A stretch of 64,000 nt of DNA from the human T2T-CHM13v2.0 reference genome, Homo sapiens: the NCBI RefSeq assembly GCF_009914755.1, contig NC_060937.1; one strand, given 5' to 3'. The translations under genes and the position numbers were made by a program. The notes beneath the pieces were generated by a model. That model did not search any database. It was not told the DNA's origin and saw nothing but the letters and a program-made list of their open reading frames with translations. Of the stretch, positions 1-26,525 are shown piece by piece (the first letter of the stretch is position 1; each line of letters begins with the position of its first letter).

Positions 1-275
1 TGTCCTTCTGACCAGTCCTGATGTTTCCAAGGCACTGGGGTTTCAGGACTGGATAAGACTGTTCTAAGGCCACAGTGTGGAAACTGCAGTGTGGCAACTG
101 CAGTAAGTCACAGGCCAAATCCTCAACTCTGGCACTATCTAAAGTACCTTTCTTGGCCGGGTGCGGTGGCTCACACCTGTACTCTCAGCACTTTGGGAGG
201 CTGAGGCAGGTGGATTACCTGAGGTCAGGAGTTCGAGACCAGCCTATCCTATGTGGTGAAACCCCTTCTCTACTA

Positions 276-440
<165 letters not shown>

Positions 441-828
441 TCAAAAAAAAAAAAAGCCTATTTATATACTTATTTACTTCCAAAATTTGTTTTTTTGGAA
501 CATCACTCTTAGGATTTGCATAACAAATAGTGTGTGTATAAATTTACTAATTTTTATTTTATTTATAAGAACAACTCACTCTTAGCAGATAGGGCCATGA
601 ACACATCCTTATAACATAACAGGTATAGACAAGACTGTTTAAATCATGACCACTTTACTCCCGTAGTAAGTAGGTAGAGCAGGAATTCCTACAGAGGGAA
701 ATTATTCCTCCAGTTCTCGCTAGCTCAGACTTCCTTCGAGGCTGAATCATTGATATGACTCCTCCTTAAGTCTGCATGGTTATCCACCCATCTCAGTCCC
801 CAGTAGAAAGAACAGACCTTGAATCTCA

Positions 829-1086
<258 letters not shown>

Positions 1087-2763
1087 TCACCTGAACCCAG
1101 AGGCGGGGGTTGCAGTGAGCCAAGATCGTGCCACTGTACTCCAGCCCCTGGGCAACACAGCAAGAATCTGTCTCAAAATAAATAAATAATTAATTAATTA
1201 ATGAAAACTTGTTCTTGTAACCCAAGGCAACTGATAGGCTCATTTAGGCTCTGTCTTCCAGTGACAATGAGTTCTAGATGACAAGTCTCAAAGAGAAGAG
1301 CCCCTCTCATTGTCTGGGCCCCTGCCCTAAGCCTGCAGACTCAGGTTTGGTTCCCACTGATAAGAGAGACAGAGTTTCACCATGTTAGCCAGGCTGGTCT
1401 CCAACTCCTGACCTCAGGTGATCCGCCCGCCTCAGCCTCCCAAAGTGCTGAGATTACAGGCGTGAGCCACCATGCCCAGCTGGGTTCTTAGTTTTCAATA
1501 TCTCAGAAAGCTAATTAGATCTTAATCTTATTTAAATCTCTTGATTTTACACAGTAATAATAGTGAACACATGGTAAAATTCAGCCCATCGAACTCAGAA
1601 ACTTCATTTTAGGACAACATTTCAAACTCCTTTCCCATCCAGGCATTTTTCAGTAGCAGATATGTGGCATACCTGACTCCCTTCCCCTACTTTCTTCTCC
1701 TGATCCCTCTTGGTGAAGGTTTAGGGATTAGAGATGTACTCAGAGCCAGAGTTCAGCGGCCTAAATCACCAATCCTTGGATTACTACAAGCTCACCTAGA
1801 GTCTAAAAGAACAATTCTCCTTATGCCCTTTGTGATCCTGGAAACATTACTTCTCTCCTCAGTTGCTGTTTCTCACTTAGCATCTCATTTTGAAACTTTG
1901 TTTCTCTGTGGCCACTATGACATTTGCTCCACTGAGCTTTCTGGCTTTAATTTTTGCCCCCTCAATCAGCTCCAAAAAGCCCTACTGAAGTAGCCCCAGA
2001 AACTCACATTGCTATTCCACTCTTTAATGATTTCTCATCTAAATATTAACTACCACTCCAACATTCCTGCATTTGTGGTCATCTTGTCAGCACATCTTGC
2101 TGAACCTAAATGAAGAAATTCATATTCCTTTTACTCCAGATTATCCATACAATTATTCTTAAAAGCCATCCTTGGGATATACTGAGGAAAGTACTTCACT
2201 ATTGGAGTCTGCTGATCTAGGGTTTAAGTGCTGGCTGCACCACTTAGCAAATTTCAGAAAGGTATTAAATTCCTATAAATTGGAATAATGTCTACTTTAT
2301 AAGGTGTTTCAAAAATTCAGTGATAATGTATGTGATATACACAGCACAGAGTCAGTCTGTCAAGCAGGACCCTGTCAGTGGTGGCTACGAAGATGACGGT
2401 AAGTACCCATGGGGTGCCGAAAACCGAGCAGTCACATCTACTGACCTCAGCCACCAAACACCAGCCCTTCCAGCTTCCCTGGATGCTTTGCTAACTGTGC
2501 ATTTTTTGGGGATAATATGTGCTTCTCTCTTTGGCTCGAGAACAGAACACTCCTTCAAATAGTTGAAGTATCTTTATTATATACATGGTATGTGCTTTAT
2601 CATATTAATTTTTTTTTGAGGCAGGGTCTCACTCTGTTGTCCAGGTTGGAGTGCAGTGGCATGATCGCAGATCACTGCCGCCTTGAACTCATGGGCTCAA
2701 GTGATCTTCCCACCTCAGCCTCCTGAGTAGCTGGGACCATAGGCGCACACCATTTGTTTTTAA

Positions 2764-2880
<117 letters not shown>

Positions 2881-2884
2881 TAAA

Positions 2885-3345
2885 TTTTTTTTCTTATGGT
2901 AAAATACACAAAAAATGTACCATCTTAACCATGTTTAAGTGTGCAATTCAGTGGTGTGAAGTACATTCGCATTGTTATGTAGCCATCTCTACTATCCATT
3001 CTCTGAACTTTTAAAAAAATTATCCCAAACAGAAAGTCTATACCCATTAAACACTAAGTCTCTATTCTCCCCTACCCCTATCCCCTGGAAACTAGTTTCT
3101 GTCTCTATGAATTTGCCTATTCTAGGTGTCTCACATAAGTGGATTCATATAATATTTGTTCTTCTGTGACTGGCTTATTTCACTTAGTATAATGTCCTCA
3201 AGGTTCATCTGTGTTGTAGCATATATAAGAATTGTACTTCTTTCAAGGCTGAATCATATTCCATTGTACATCTATACCTCATTTTGTTTATCCATTCATC
3301 CATGGATGAACATTTGAGTTGTTTCCACATTTTGGCTATTGTGAC
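2885..3345 (-). mobile_element. L1MB/MC-type 3' fragment
   Basis: gactggcttatttcacttagtataatgtcctcaaggttcatc motif. Confidence 0.75.
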
Positions 3346-3780
3346 TTTATCCTGTTTTACATTCTGCAGCAATTTACATCTTTATTTTTAGAACTATTAA
3401 GTTTCCTCGTATTAATACTCATAGGAAAAGAGTCATGAAAGATTTTTATTTGATTTCATTTTTTGGTCATTTATCCTTTTTTTTTTGGCAGCCACAAAGA
3501 CTGGGATTTCCAATTCTATGTTAAGTAGAAAATTTAAGTCATTTATCTTTTTTCTTCTGTTTCCTTTTCAAAGAAAGAAAATAGTATTTTTCTAAAATAT
3601 GATCATGTCAGTTTGGTCTATTTTTACATGTGTTAAGGAGAGCAATAATAGACAAAATAATAACATAACAATTAGGTATTTAGTTAAAAAAAAAAAGTAA
3701 GCCAGGTGCAGTGGCTCACACCTGTAATCCCAGCACTTTGGGAGGCCAAGGCAGACAGATCACCTGAGGTCAGGAGGTCA

Positions 3781-4032
<252 letters not shown>

Positions 4033-4284
4033 CTAACCGAGTTGTCAACTGTTTAAGAAATAGACAATAAAGAGTATGGCATATGGAGGCCAAAATGCTA
4101 CTTTTATTATGAACAAAGCTGATTTGGGAGAATGCAGCTTCTCTCTACTTGCAGGCAGATGGCCATTTTAATTCTAAACCCCAGAATTAAACAGGCCTCC
4201 CAGCCACTCATAGACAGGTCTCCTGCAGGGAAGGAAAAATTATCAGCTGACAAACAGTCTGATTAAATGCTTGTCTTTTATACC

Positions 4285-4681
4285 TGCTATGGTTTGAATG
4301 TGTCTCCTCCAAAACTTAGGTCTTGCTAATGTGATGGTATTAAGAGGTGGGGCCTTTAAAAGGTGATGAGGCCATGAGGGCTCCTATCTTGTGAATGGGA
4401 TTAGGTGCCCTTATAAAAGGGCTTGAAAGAGGGAGTTCATCCCTCTTTTTCTTCTGCCTTCTGTTATGAGGACAAAGCATTCTTCCCCCACTCCTCAAGG
4501 ATGCAACAGTCAAGATGCCATCTTGGAAGCAGAGACTAGACCCTCACCAGATAAATGAACCTGCCAGTGCCTTCATCTTGGACTTCCTAGCGTCCAGACC
4601 TGTGAGAAAACAAATTCTTGTTCTTTATACATTACCCAGTCTGTGGTATTCTGTTATAGCAGCTCAAAACAGACTAACACA
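4285..4681 (+). mobile_element. MaLR (MST-type) solo LTR
   Basis: Starts tgctatggtttgaatgtgtc and ends gactaacaca. Confidence 0.85.
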
Positions 4682-6076
4682 ATGCCCTCAACCCACCTCT
4701 CTGCCTTAGTACCCATCACATTCTGTAGCAATGAATCTGTAGCCTGTCTCTTTCCTATGAGCATGTTGCCTTCATCCATTCTTCCACTCACTCAACTGGT
4801 TTTATTGAGTGCCCATCTTGGGCCTAGCAATAGCTAGGTCTTACAGTCAGGACCTCACAGAAGTGACCGAAACTGACACAACCCCTACCTTTAAGGAGAT
4901 CAGCACAGAAAATATTGTAAAGGAGACAGAGTATTGTACTTGACAATAAGAAGGGCAGAGTGACTTAAAGCAGGAGGAGAAGGCTTTCTTGGGAAGTCAA
5001 TTTATGATGACACCTCAAGGTCAAGGAGTACTTCAGTACACTATACTCTGATGTCTAGTAGAGGCATAGCACATAGCAGAGCTCAGTAAATGCTTAACAA
5101 ATTAATGAATGAGTGTTATATGTGAAAACACTATATATGCAAAGTACCACACAGATGTTAGCCATTATCATTTAGTTAATATGGAGAGATCTACTTTTAT
5201 TCAGTTCTCTGGAACACTCAAAAAGATATTATAGCATACAACAGAGAAAACTCATTAAGAGTGTCCACTCATTTGGACATACCCAGAGTCCTGTCTTCCT
5301 AGGAGACAGCTTGAAGCTATTAGGTGTAGGACTAAATACAGAGAAATTAGAGAACCAATCATCCCATTTCAATGTTTGATCAATCCCATTTTTCTCCATG
5401 CAAAAGCAAGAGTTCACAAAATTGATTTTTAAAATAGTGATAAAATGACTTTAAAGATATTGGAAAATGAGAGGAATATATAATAAAGATTAAGTATTCT
5501 ATTTCACTGATGGAAGGTTATGTTAACTAAATCTGAAAATACAAACACAGCAAGCTGCCATTCCCAAATTGATATTGGACAGTGAAGAAAGTGGCTCACT
5601 CTGTCCATTGTGGCACTGGAGTTCTGACAAGCATGTGGAAAGAGACGGATACTATTTTTGAAGCAAGTAGTATGTATTAATACATTACCTCATTCAATTC
5701 TAACACTTACAAATCCTGTGAGATGGAAATTATACCCATCATTTATGAAGGAGGAAACAGGCTGATAGATTGTTATGTTGTCATGGCAGGGATTTGAACT
5801 GAAGTTTCTGACTCCAAAGCAGAGAACAGAAAAAAGCACAGAAAAATACAGGAAAGCCACTGTAGAATTGTTGACAATTAAGGAGCTGGCAAGCAAAGAC
5901 ACACTCAGAGCGTTTCTCTTTGCTTCCTTGCCCTCTGAACTGTTCAATAAATAGTCAAGAATGCAAAGCTAACTGCGGTATTTATTTCAGATCTGCTGTT
6001 GCTCTTCAATTTAAAAGCAAGACAGGAACATTAAATTTGTCTATTTAAATTGGTAAAGGTAGACCTCTATCAGATA

Positions 6077-6421
6077 CAGGTGCTTCTTGACTTACAATGG
6101 GTTTATTAGGAAGGGAAAATATTGTAAGTCAAGTGCCTTTAATACACCTAACCTACTGAACATCAGAGCTTAGCCTAGCCTGCCTTAAACATACAACGCT
6201 ACATCAGCCTACAGTTGGGCAAAATCATCTAACACAAATCCTATTTTCTTATGAAGTGTTGAATAGCTCATGTAATTTACGGGAACAACATCCTGAACAT
6301 GAGAAACAGAATAGTTGTATGGGGACTTGAAGTATGGTTTCTACTGAATGTGCATCACCTTTGGAACCATCATAAAGTTGAAAAATTTTAAGTCAAAGCA
6401 TCATAAGCCCCACACCGTCTG
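6077..6421. mobile_element. Tigger3/MER7-type DNA transposon deletion derivative
   Basis: ta|CAG...CTG|ta termini; aatacacctaacctactgaacatc. Confidence 0.7.
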
Positions 6422-7625
6422 TATATGAAACGCTCCCTTGGGGGCACTATGCCAGATACCATGCCTAAGGGTTTTCTAACTTTCTGTACCACATTCAAAA
6501 GGAGCATCTTCATAAAGATGTTACTGAAATCATGGAAAATATTAGTCCTTCCTTTCTTTTGCAGTTAACAGGATTTTTAAAAGAAGCTCTAAACCACAAG
6601 CATATTCCAGCAACTGTTTGTTCCTCCAAGTATGAGCTACTTCCTCCCTCTACCACCATCACTCATATACTAGTTTGAGGAAATATTAAGAAGCACAGTA
6701 AATCAGTCTGTTTTCAGGAATTGCTTAGTCCTTGAATTAATGTATTTTATAAAGCAGGATTGCTTTAGCTCCTTAAGATTTGGTTACTTAGAATAAAATC
6801 TTCCCAATTTGTAGCCAATTTGCATGCCATGTATAAATGCATGAATTTTAAAAGCACCTTTAGGATTAAGAGTTTTGTTGTCTATATTTACATAATTTAA
6901 AGCTGACTACTTAAGCAAGTTTTGGAGCAATTTTAAGAATAGTAACGAGGCAAGAATCTTAAGATAATATACTCTTGCTGGGCACGGTGGCTCATGCCTG
7001 CAATCTCAGAACTTCGGGAGGCCGAGACGGGTGTTATCACTTGAGGTCAGGAGTTCGAGACCAGCCTGGCCAACATCGTGAAGCCCCATCTCTACCAAAA
7101 ATACAGAAATTAGCCAGGCGTGGTGGCGGGCACATGCAGTCCCAGCTACTCAGGAGGCTGAGGCAGGAGAATCACTGGAACCCAGGAGGCGGAGGTTGCA
7201 GTGAGCTGAGATCACAAACTGCACTCTAGCCTGGGTGACAGAGTGAGATTCCTTCTCAAAAAAACAAACAAACAAAAAAAAAAATATATATATATTCTTT
7301 AGATCCAAGAATCTAAGGATAACACCTTCTTTAGAACCAAATGTATAAATAGTCAAACGAAGGATGTTTTTAACAACATGGTCCCAACTGTGGAGGTATC
7401 ATCATCTTCCAAAGCTATCTACAAAAAGGGACAATGTCATCACTGGCTAGTGAAAATTAGAAAAATTTAAGGAATTCTCAGCAAATGTCTTATTTTTTAA
7501 AACACCAATGGTCATCCCCTAAGAGGGTAAATGCACCTGCCTTTTCTAAAAACAAAGCAAAACCAAAACAAAACTCTATAGAAAGATATTATAAAATCAA
7601 GGATTAAATTTAGATTGATTAATAA

Positions 7626-8025
<400 letters not shown>

Positions 8026-9286
8026 TGACATCAAAAACAAGCTTCTGTTTTATTAATAAGGAGAAGATTTATTCACAACTAATTTCTGCTTCAAATCACT
8101 TCCAAGCGTATAACGAATGCCAACCTTAAAAGAGGGATTCCCTATTTGATTGTCTCAGTTTATTAGAATATGGATGGTCTTTTCATTCTAGATAACATGC
8201 TCTTTGTTTGCTTGTTTTTGTGTAGGAATTATCTTGGAATCTGATAATTCTGAGACTCTACTAATGACGAGGCACTGCATGTCTACATTATGTGCTCATT
8301 TCCACTCATTCCTTAAAATATTATGAAACACTGTTACATACAAAATATGTATAATATAATGTATAATATGCATAACATATACTATAATTATAATATAGTC
8401 ATCATATAATGAGTATAACATGAAAGCATGAGGAAATGACCACCTGTGAACCTGCCATCCAACTTGAGGAACAGAGACAGTACTGTCGAAGCCCCTGTGT
8501 GTCCCTCCTCAATCACCGTGTTATGTTGATCATTCCTGTGCTTTTCTTTATAGTTTTATCACATTTATAGCTAAGAAAGTATATTCAAAATTTGGCTTTT
8601 GAATTTTATAAAATACTATTATATTGCATGTATTCTGCTGCAACTTACTTTTTCACTCAGCGTTGTTTCTGAAATTTGTCTGTGATGATGTGTATAGCTC
8701 TATTTCAATCATTTTCACTTCCATATAGTGTTCCATTGCAAGGATAAACCACAATTTATTATCAGTTCTCCAGGTCTTGGGCACGTTCTCCCCTGATTTG
8801 TACTGCTTCGATCATTTCTGTACTTGCTTCCCAGTCCTTATCTGCAAGAGGTTTTTTTGGGGGGGTATGTTCTCCAGGAACAGGATTGATTTTCATAAAT
8901 TATGTAATTACATATATAAATATATACAATACATATACACAATTATTTATATATTCATGAATATACTTGTTTAATATGAATATGAAATAAATGTTATATA
9001 ATTATATAGAACATATATTATAAATATAATTATGTAATTCCAAAAAGGGGTTGCCAATTTACAGTGCCACCAACAGTGTGAAAGTAATACCAGCTAACTT
9101 TTGATTTTTTGGCCTTCTAAGGGTTATGCATCTAAGGGGTACAAATGCTACCTCAATATGGTTTTAATTTGCATTTCCCTGAGCATTATTTTATATCTTT
9201 ATTAGCCACTTATATTTTTTCTTCTATGAAATGTATGAAATGCTATGGCATTTGCCCACTATTTTGGGGGGTTGTCTTCTACTTGA

Positions 9287-12678
<3,392 letters not shown>

Positions 12679-12939
12679 TAATCTGTGTTTCATTAAAGTT
12701 TTAAAACATCTTACTCAAAATCTTCTTGCATATATTTTATTAAGATTTTATTTATTTATATTTTTGATGCTACTGTAAATGTTTTTTATAAATTATATTT
12801 TTACATGTTTGTTGCTAGCATATAGAAATGCAACTGCAAAAGTGCCAAATAAATTCTGTTAATTCTTATGATTTAACCATAGATTCTTTTGTTTTCTATG
12901 TAATCTAGTCTCTAATAACAGGTTTGTTTCTTTCTTCCT

Positions 12940-13470
12940 TTATTAGCTGTCTACTGGTGCATAATGAATAACCTCACACTTAGTGGCTTAAAACATGCAC
13001 TTATTTTCTCACAGTTTCTGAGAGTCTCCTGCTCAGGGTCTCACAAGGCTGTAATCAAGGTGACAGCCAGACTGTGGTCCTTTTTAAAACTTAGTGTCCT
13101 CTTCTAAGCTCAGGTGGTTGTTGGCAGGATTCAGTTATCTGAAGCTGTGGGATGGAGGTCCCTGCCTTGTTCTGGCTGTCAGCTGGGAGTTTCCATCAGC
13201 TCCTAGTGGTCCCCAAGGTTTCTTGCCAGGTGGCTCATTCACAGGCCTTCTTACAACATGATAGCACACTCTAGTCCGCTAACAAGCAGTCTTCTATAAC
13301 ATAACATAATCACAAGAGTAACTATTCCATTACTTTTGCCATATAACATGAACCAATCAAAGCAGTGACTACCCCCATCACCTTAGCCATATTCTGTTGT
13401 TGTAAGCATGTCTCAGGTCTCATCCACACTCAAAGAGAGGTTGTGATTTACTTGGGGTTACTATAGAGTG
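12940..13470 (-). mobile_element. MLT1-type LTR
   Basis: ttagtggcttaaaac...ttctcacagtt and cagggtctcacaaggctgtaatcaaggtg motifs. Confidence 0.7.
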
Positions 13471-14104
13471 GATTTCCAATCCTAATCACTTTTTTTATTG
13501 CTATACTGCATAGGCTAGGCCCCCAGTACAATGCTGAAATCATGATAGTGATTATCCTGCTCTTATTTATAATCTTAAAGGAAATCATTTAGTACTTCAG
13601 CATAAAGTAAGATATTTGCTGTAGGCTTTTTGTAAATGCCACTTATCAGGTTTAAAAAGTTCTCTTCTACTCCAAGTTTTCTAAGATTTATTTTTTAAAA
13701 AATTATAAATGGCTGCCAAGGTTTACCAAACTTTTTTTTCTGCATCTTTTGAGATAATGTGTGATCTTTTTCCTCCATTGTTAAATTACCCTGACATTGT
13801 GGAACAAACTCAACTTGATAATGATTTCTAGTCATTGCTGAATTTGCTTTACTATCTTGCTTTGGATTTTTCAAATTTGTCTCCATGATTGAGATTAATT
13901 GGGGAGTGCTTCCTCTTTTTCTGTTTTGGAATAATTTATATAAGATTGGAATTATTTTTTTCCTGAATGTTCAGTAGAACATTCATGAAAACTTCTCTGA
14001 GTTTAGGGTTTGTTTTCTGGGAAGATTTTAAAATACCAATCAAATTTCTTTAATGATTATTCAGTTTTTCCTTAAAATTATTTTGATAACATAGTTTTGA
14101 GTAA

Positions 14105-19370
<5,266 letters not shown>

Positions 19371-20699
19371 TTGATATCAGAAAACACCATTGATATCAGT
19401 TTTTATCCAGAACATTGAAAGATTAACAATATCCAGTATTAGTTAGACTGTGAAGAAATAGGATTTTTACATAATCGGTTGGAGTGGGTCAACTGGCTAT
19501 CATTTCAGAAGAGGATTTGTAAGTACTTATGGCAATTTAAAATACACCTATTCTTTGACCCTTCTAGGAATTGAAAGTATTCAAACATGTACACAAGAAC
19601 ATGTGTAAAAGGATCTACTATAGCTCCATTATTCAAAAGGAAAACGGTAAAAGAAATTATGGTCTGCGTTCATAACAATGGGACATATAGAACTATGAAA
19701 TGAATAAGGTCTATCTCTATGTACTGACAAGGAAATGCTTTCAAGACATACTGCTAAGTAATAAATATACATATATATATATATATATATGCATACTGCA
19801 GGACAATATGTGTATAGTATGGTCCCATACAAGTCAAATAAAACAGCGGATAAATGTGTAACTGCCATTTAATGTGGATTGAGAGAACACATATCAAACT
19901 ATCGACAACGGTTATTTCAGAAAAAAAGAAGAGAAATGAGGGGTAAAGTATAATATTCTTTTATATCATTTGACTTTTTTGCAAGTAAACTTTCGTTATT
20001 ATTTATATAATTTAAAATATGTTTAATAAACCAAAGAAGCACAATACAGTAAAGAAAACATAAGAGATAGTGAAACATTAAACATAAGAAGGAAATTCTA
20101 TATGATGCACAATCAAATAAGGTGACAGGTTAATTGTGTCTAATTCTGCTTTAAATATTGAATACTTTTAAAATATGGTACAACAAATAAAGGGTGAATT
20201 GCAGTTAGTAGCAATGACCAATTCTTTTTGAGAAGGGCATAGTAGAGCACTGAACCAAATTCAGTCATTTTCACTTTGAATTGTTGTTTCCACTTCTATG
20301 TATTATCAAAACTATTATTTATTTTTCTGTCAGTACTTTAAGGCTCTTGTTCCCAGGCCATAATCTCATCTAAAACAACAAACAGATCCTGTTACCTTTC
20401 AGTTAGCACATACCTAATAATCTTTACACTTCCCCTAATTTTCTCCACACTATACTTGCCCAAATAACAGAGCCCTTCTTTAGGGTTTTATGGTAATTTG
20501 AACTTATCTCACTGTTCTTCTTGGCTCATATTATAGCATATATTCCAGATACCATAGAGGATATGTAAGAATTGAAAAGGTTTAAACCAACTAAAGAATA
20601 CAAACAAAAGTGTGATTAACATCCATCCTGACCTTCTTTCGCCACTGAAGCCTCTAAATTGAGAGTTACTCTAGGAAAGCATATCAAAAATAGCCTTAG

Positions 20700-22222
<1,523 letters not shown>

Positions 22223-24612
22223 GGAGGAAAACAAAAATTAGAGACACAAATAAATGAGAGTTTTAAAAAGAAGACATAAATTAAAAAGTGAAAATTTAAC
22301 TATTTAGAAATTAAATTTTCTCAGAAACCAGGTCAAATTTAAGATAAATTCCGTTGGAGTTTGATCACTCATAATTTTGATGCTCTTAAGTGTTTCACTG
22401 CTGATGACAATATACCACGAGTTCGTGCTTTCCTAGCACCCTGTTTGGTGGTTCCCAGATAATACATACTATCCTTGTTAATATTCTAAGATTTAAAATG
22501 TTCCAGTATAAAGTAAAATTTTGAAAAATAAAATGTTACTGTATACAACGGAAAACAGTTACAGAAACAAACTCCCTCACAATGTTGCTATAGAAACAGG
22601 GATGATGATGGTGATGATACTTTACTGGTTAACCTCACTTACTCCTCACACCAATCTCATATAATGAGTACTATTATTATTATTCCCATCATTTTAGAGA
22701 TGAAGGAAGTGAGGCTTGGAGAGATCAATTCTGTAACTCACTCAGGATCTTGAACTTCTAACCACTATGCTTCACTGACTCTCCTGAATAAAGTCACATT
22801 ATTATACCTCAATACTGTTCTTTTTCTTTCTTCCTTTTTTATTTATTTATTTATTTTTTTCTTGAGTCAGAGTTTCACTCTGTCGCCCTGGCTAGAGTGC
22901 AGTGGCGCAATTTTGGCTGCAACCTCTGCCTCCTGGGTTCAGGTGATTCTCCTGCCTCAGCCTCCCAAGTAACTACGATTACAGGCATGAGCCACTGTGC
23001 CCAGCCTAATACTGGGTTTTCAAATCAAGTTTTTAACCATGAGGACTTGGAACATCCAAGTTTCTTCAAATAATGAAATCCAAACATGTTGTAAGAGTAG
23101 ACCAAATCTTTCCTTAATATCAGATATTTTGCAGAAGAGGAAACTAAGGCCCAGGTGCTTAAATAATTTCCTCAAAGGCAAATGGCCAATAATGGAAAGA
23201 GCTGGTACCCAGGTTGGTACAACTTAAAAAGGCATTGGTCTTTTTACCTTACCCTGATACCTTCCAGAACACAGAACCATCCTTTAAGCAATACATACGT
23301 TATGTAATACATGAAACACAGTATGCTGTATTATTGCAGGTACAATATGAATATACAGGCCGGGTATGGTGGTTCACGCCTGTAATCCCAGCACTTTGGG
23401 AGGCCAAGGTGGACGGATTACCTGAGGTCAGGAGTTTGAGACCAGCCTGGCCAACACTGCGAAACCCCATCTCTACTAAAAATACAAAAATTAGCTGGGT
23501 GTGGTGACACACGCCTGTGATCCCAGCTACTCGGCTTGGGATTGAGAATTGCTTGAACCCGGGAGGCAAAGGTTGCAGTGAGCCGAGATCATGCCACTGC
23601 ACTCCAGCCTGAGAGACAGAGAGAGAATCCCTCTCAAAAAACAAAAACAAAATATGAATATACAAAATATTAAGAATTTGCTAAAAGAATCTGTAAGTCT
23701 CTAAAGTTTTCCTATAAAAAGCAACATTTTATATTAATTATATTATTTACATATAAGACTAAATATTTCTGATATTTAAGCTTCTGTTCTACCTATTAAT
23801 CCAACAAATAAAAGATTATCAAAAATTAAGATATTACAATGATACCACAACATTATAAAGGTTAAAATATGGACTACATTTTCCTAAGACTTATTCAGGC
23901 TCTTCCAACTTCTAGCTAATCTTACCCTAAAAGTAAATCAATCTTTTCTAATTCAAAATACTTCTATAAATTGAATTAAAATGTTTAACTGATGACAATA
24001 TGGATATCACAAAAAATAAATAGCATAGTAATACTGTTTTCCTTTTGATTTAGGAAGAGATAACATCTCCAAAAACTACCCAGTGAAGTAGATGATATTC
24101 TGTTGCCAGTTCAAAGCATCTATATTATGCAGGCAAAGATTTCCAAAGCCTACTATGTTTTTGCTTTGAGTTGCTCATAAAAGTTCCCTGCACCTCATTA
24201 GTGCAATGGTTTTATGACTAAAGGACACCAGTGTGAGACTTTAAGAGTTGTAATGTTCTCCAAAATTGAAGTATAATCTCATACCCCTTATTCAATATAT
24301 AGAAAATTCACCAAGTAATAACCTGTTGAGCGATTAGAAAACTGCAATCATTTGCAGTTCTCAGTCCTTTTATGTCATAGAAATTCATGATGCTTTTTTG
24401 CCATCTAGTTTTACTTCTTCATTTTCCTTATCAAGCATCTAAAAATAAGTGAAATTCTAAAGTCTTTTTAAAAAAACCTTGTCAGATTTCTTTTAGGACA
24501 CCATGGAGATATCTACAAAGTGTTTTGAAATTCATGTAAGTATCTACACTCTGAAAGTGAATATCTGGCAGAAATAATTTCAGTCAATAAATTTTATAAC
24601 CCCCTGAAATTA

Positions 24613-24855
<243 letters not shown>

Positions 24856-25384
24856 TCAGACCTTGACACTCATAATTAAATAGTATATAATGAAAAGTTA
24901 CTGAGAGATAACTGCAAAAATTATATTAAAAATTATAACTACAATAATGGCAAGCTTAACTTTTGTTTTACAACAATGCCAGGTAATCACTGCCCCCTCT
25001 ACTGGAAAGAAAAAAATAAATTTTGTTTAAGGGTATTTTTATGAATGTGAATGTTTTTTGTACAATATGTGACTCTGGTTTTTAAAGTCTAGGCTGTTTA
25101 TCTTTATTTTTAGTCTATCAAAATTAGTCACTAATGTACTACTGTTAACAACCAAAGAAGTTAAATTAACAGAATGATGATAAAACTGCCAATGAATACT
25201 GAGTACTTCCTCTGTGCTTAAATGCTTTTTATGCATTAGTGCATGTCATCCTCACAACCAACCCTATGAGTAACATATTATCATGTTGGCTAATTACCAC
25301 CATCATATTACATGTTTCAATAACTTATTTACTTTTGAAACTTCAGATCATCTTTTGAGAATGAGCCATATTCCCACCAGTTAC

Positions 25385-26015
25385 TGCTGCTGGGAAAGTA
25401 AAATGGTACAATCACCTTGGAAAACAGTTTGATGGCTTCTTAAAAAGTTAAAAATATATCTATTATTCAACATAGCCATTTGATTCCTGGATATTCACCC
25501 AAGAGATAATACATGTCCACACAAAGATTTGTACACAAAAGTTAATGGCAGCTTTCTTTGTAATAGCCAAATGTGGGTTGTAATCTGGGAAACAACCCAA
25601 ATGTCCACTAACAGGTGAATAAGTACAAAAATGTGATACATTCATACAATGGTATACTACTCAGTAATAAAATGTGTTACTAGTACATGTAATAGCATGG
25701 ATGAATCTCAAATCATTATGCTGAGTGAAAGAAGCCAGATGCAAAGGAGTACATACTGTGTGATTTCAGTTACGTACAATTCTAAAAGATGCAAGCTAAT
25801 CTATTGTAGATCAATGGTTGCCTGCGTACTGTGTGTGTATGTGTGTATGTATTGCAAGGACACAAGGAAACTTTGGAGGGTCATGAAAAATGTTCAAAAT
25901 TATAACTGGCAGTTTCATGGATGTATATATTTGTCAAAACTAGTCAAGTTATATACTTTAAATATGTGCAGTTTGTTGCACACAAATTATACCTTAATAA
26001 AGTTGTAAAAAGAAA
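25385..26015 (+). mobile_element. Ancient L1M (ME/MD) 3' end
   Basis: Typical gatgaatctcaaatcattatgctgagtgaaagaagccag motif and terminal aataaag. Confidence 0.75.
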
Positions 26016-26143
26016 ATGAATAACAATATCTATCCCTTGGCTACCTTTTTCCCTATATTTTTATTCTTTAGTTATTTTTACCAACATTTTTGATCTTTCT
26101 TATTTTTTCTGTGTGATCTCACTTTTTAAAATAAATGAGGATG

Positions 26144-26525
<382 letters not shown>

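Noticed and set aside
7380-7420. gtatcatcatcttcc as a possible MRPS31 last exon (GFDDDG)
   Set aside because: The flanking translation does not resemble the mS31 C-terminus; kept only as a generic acceptor candidate.
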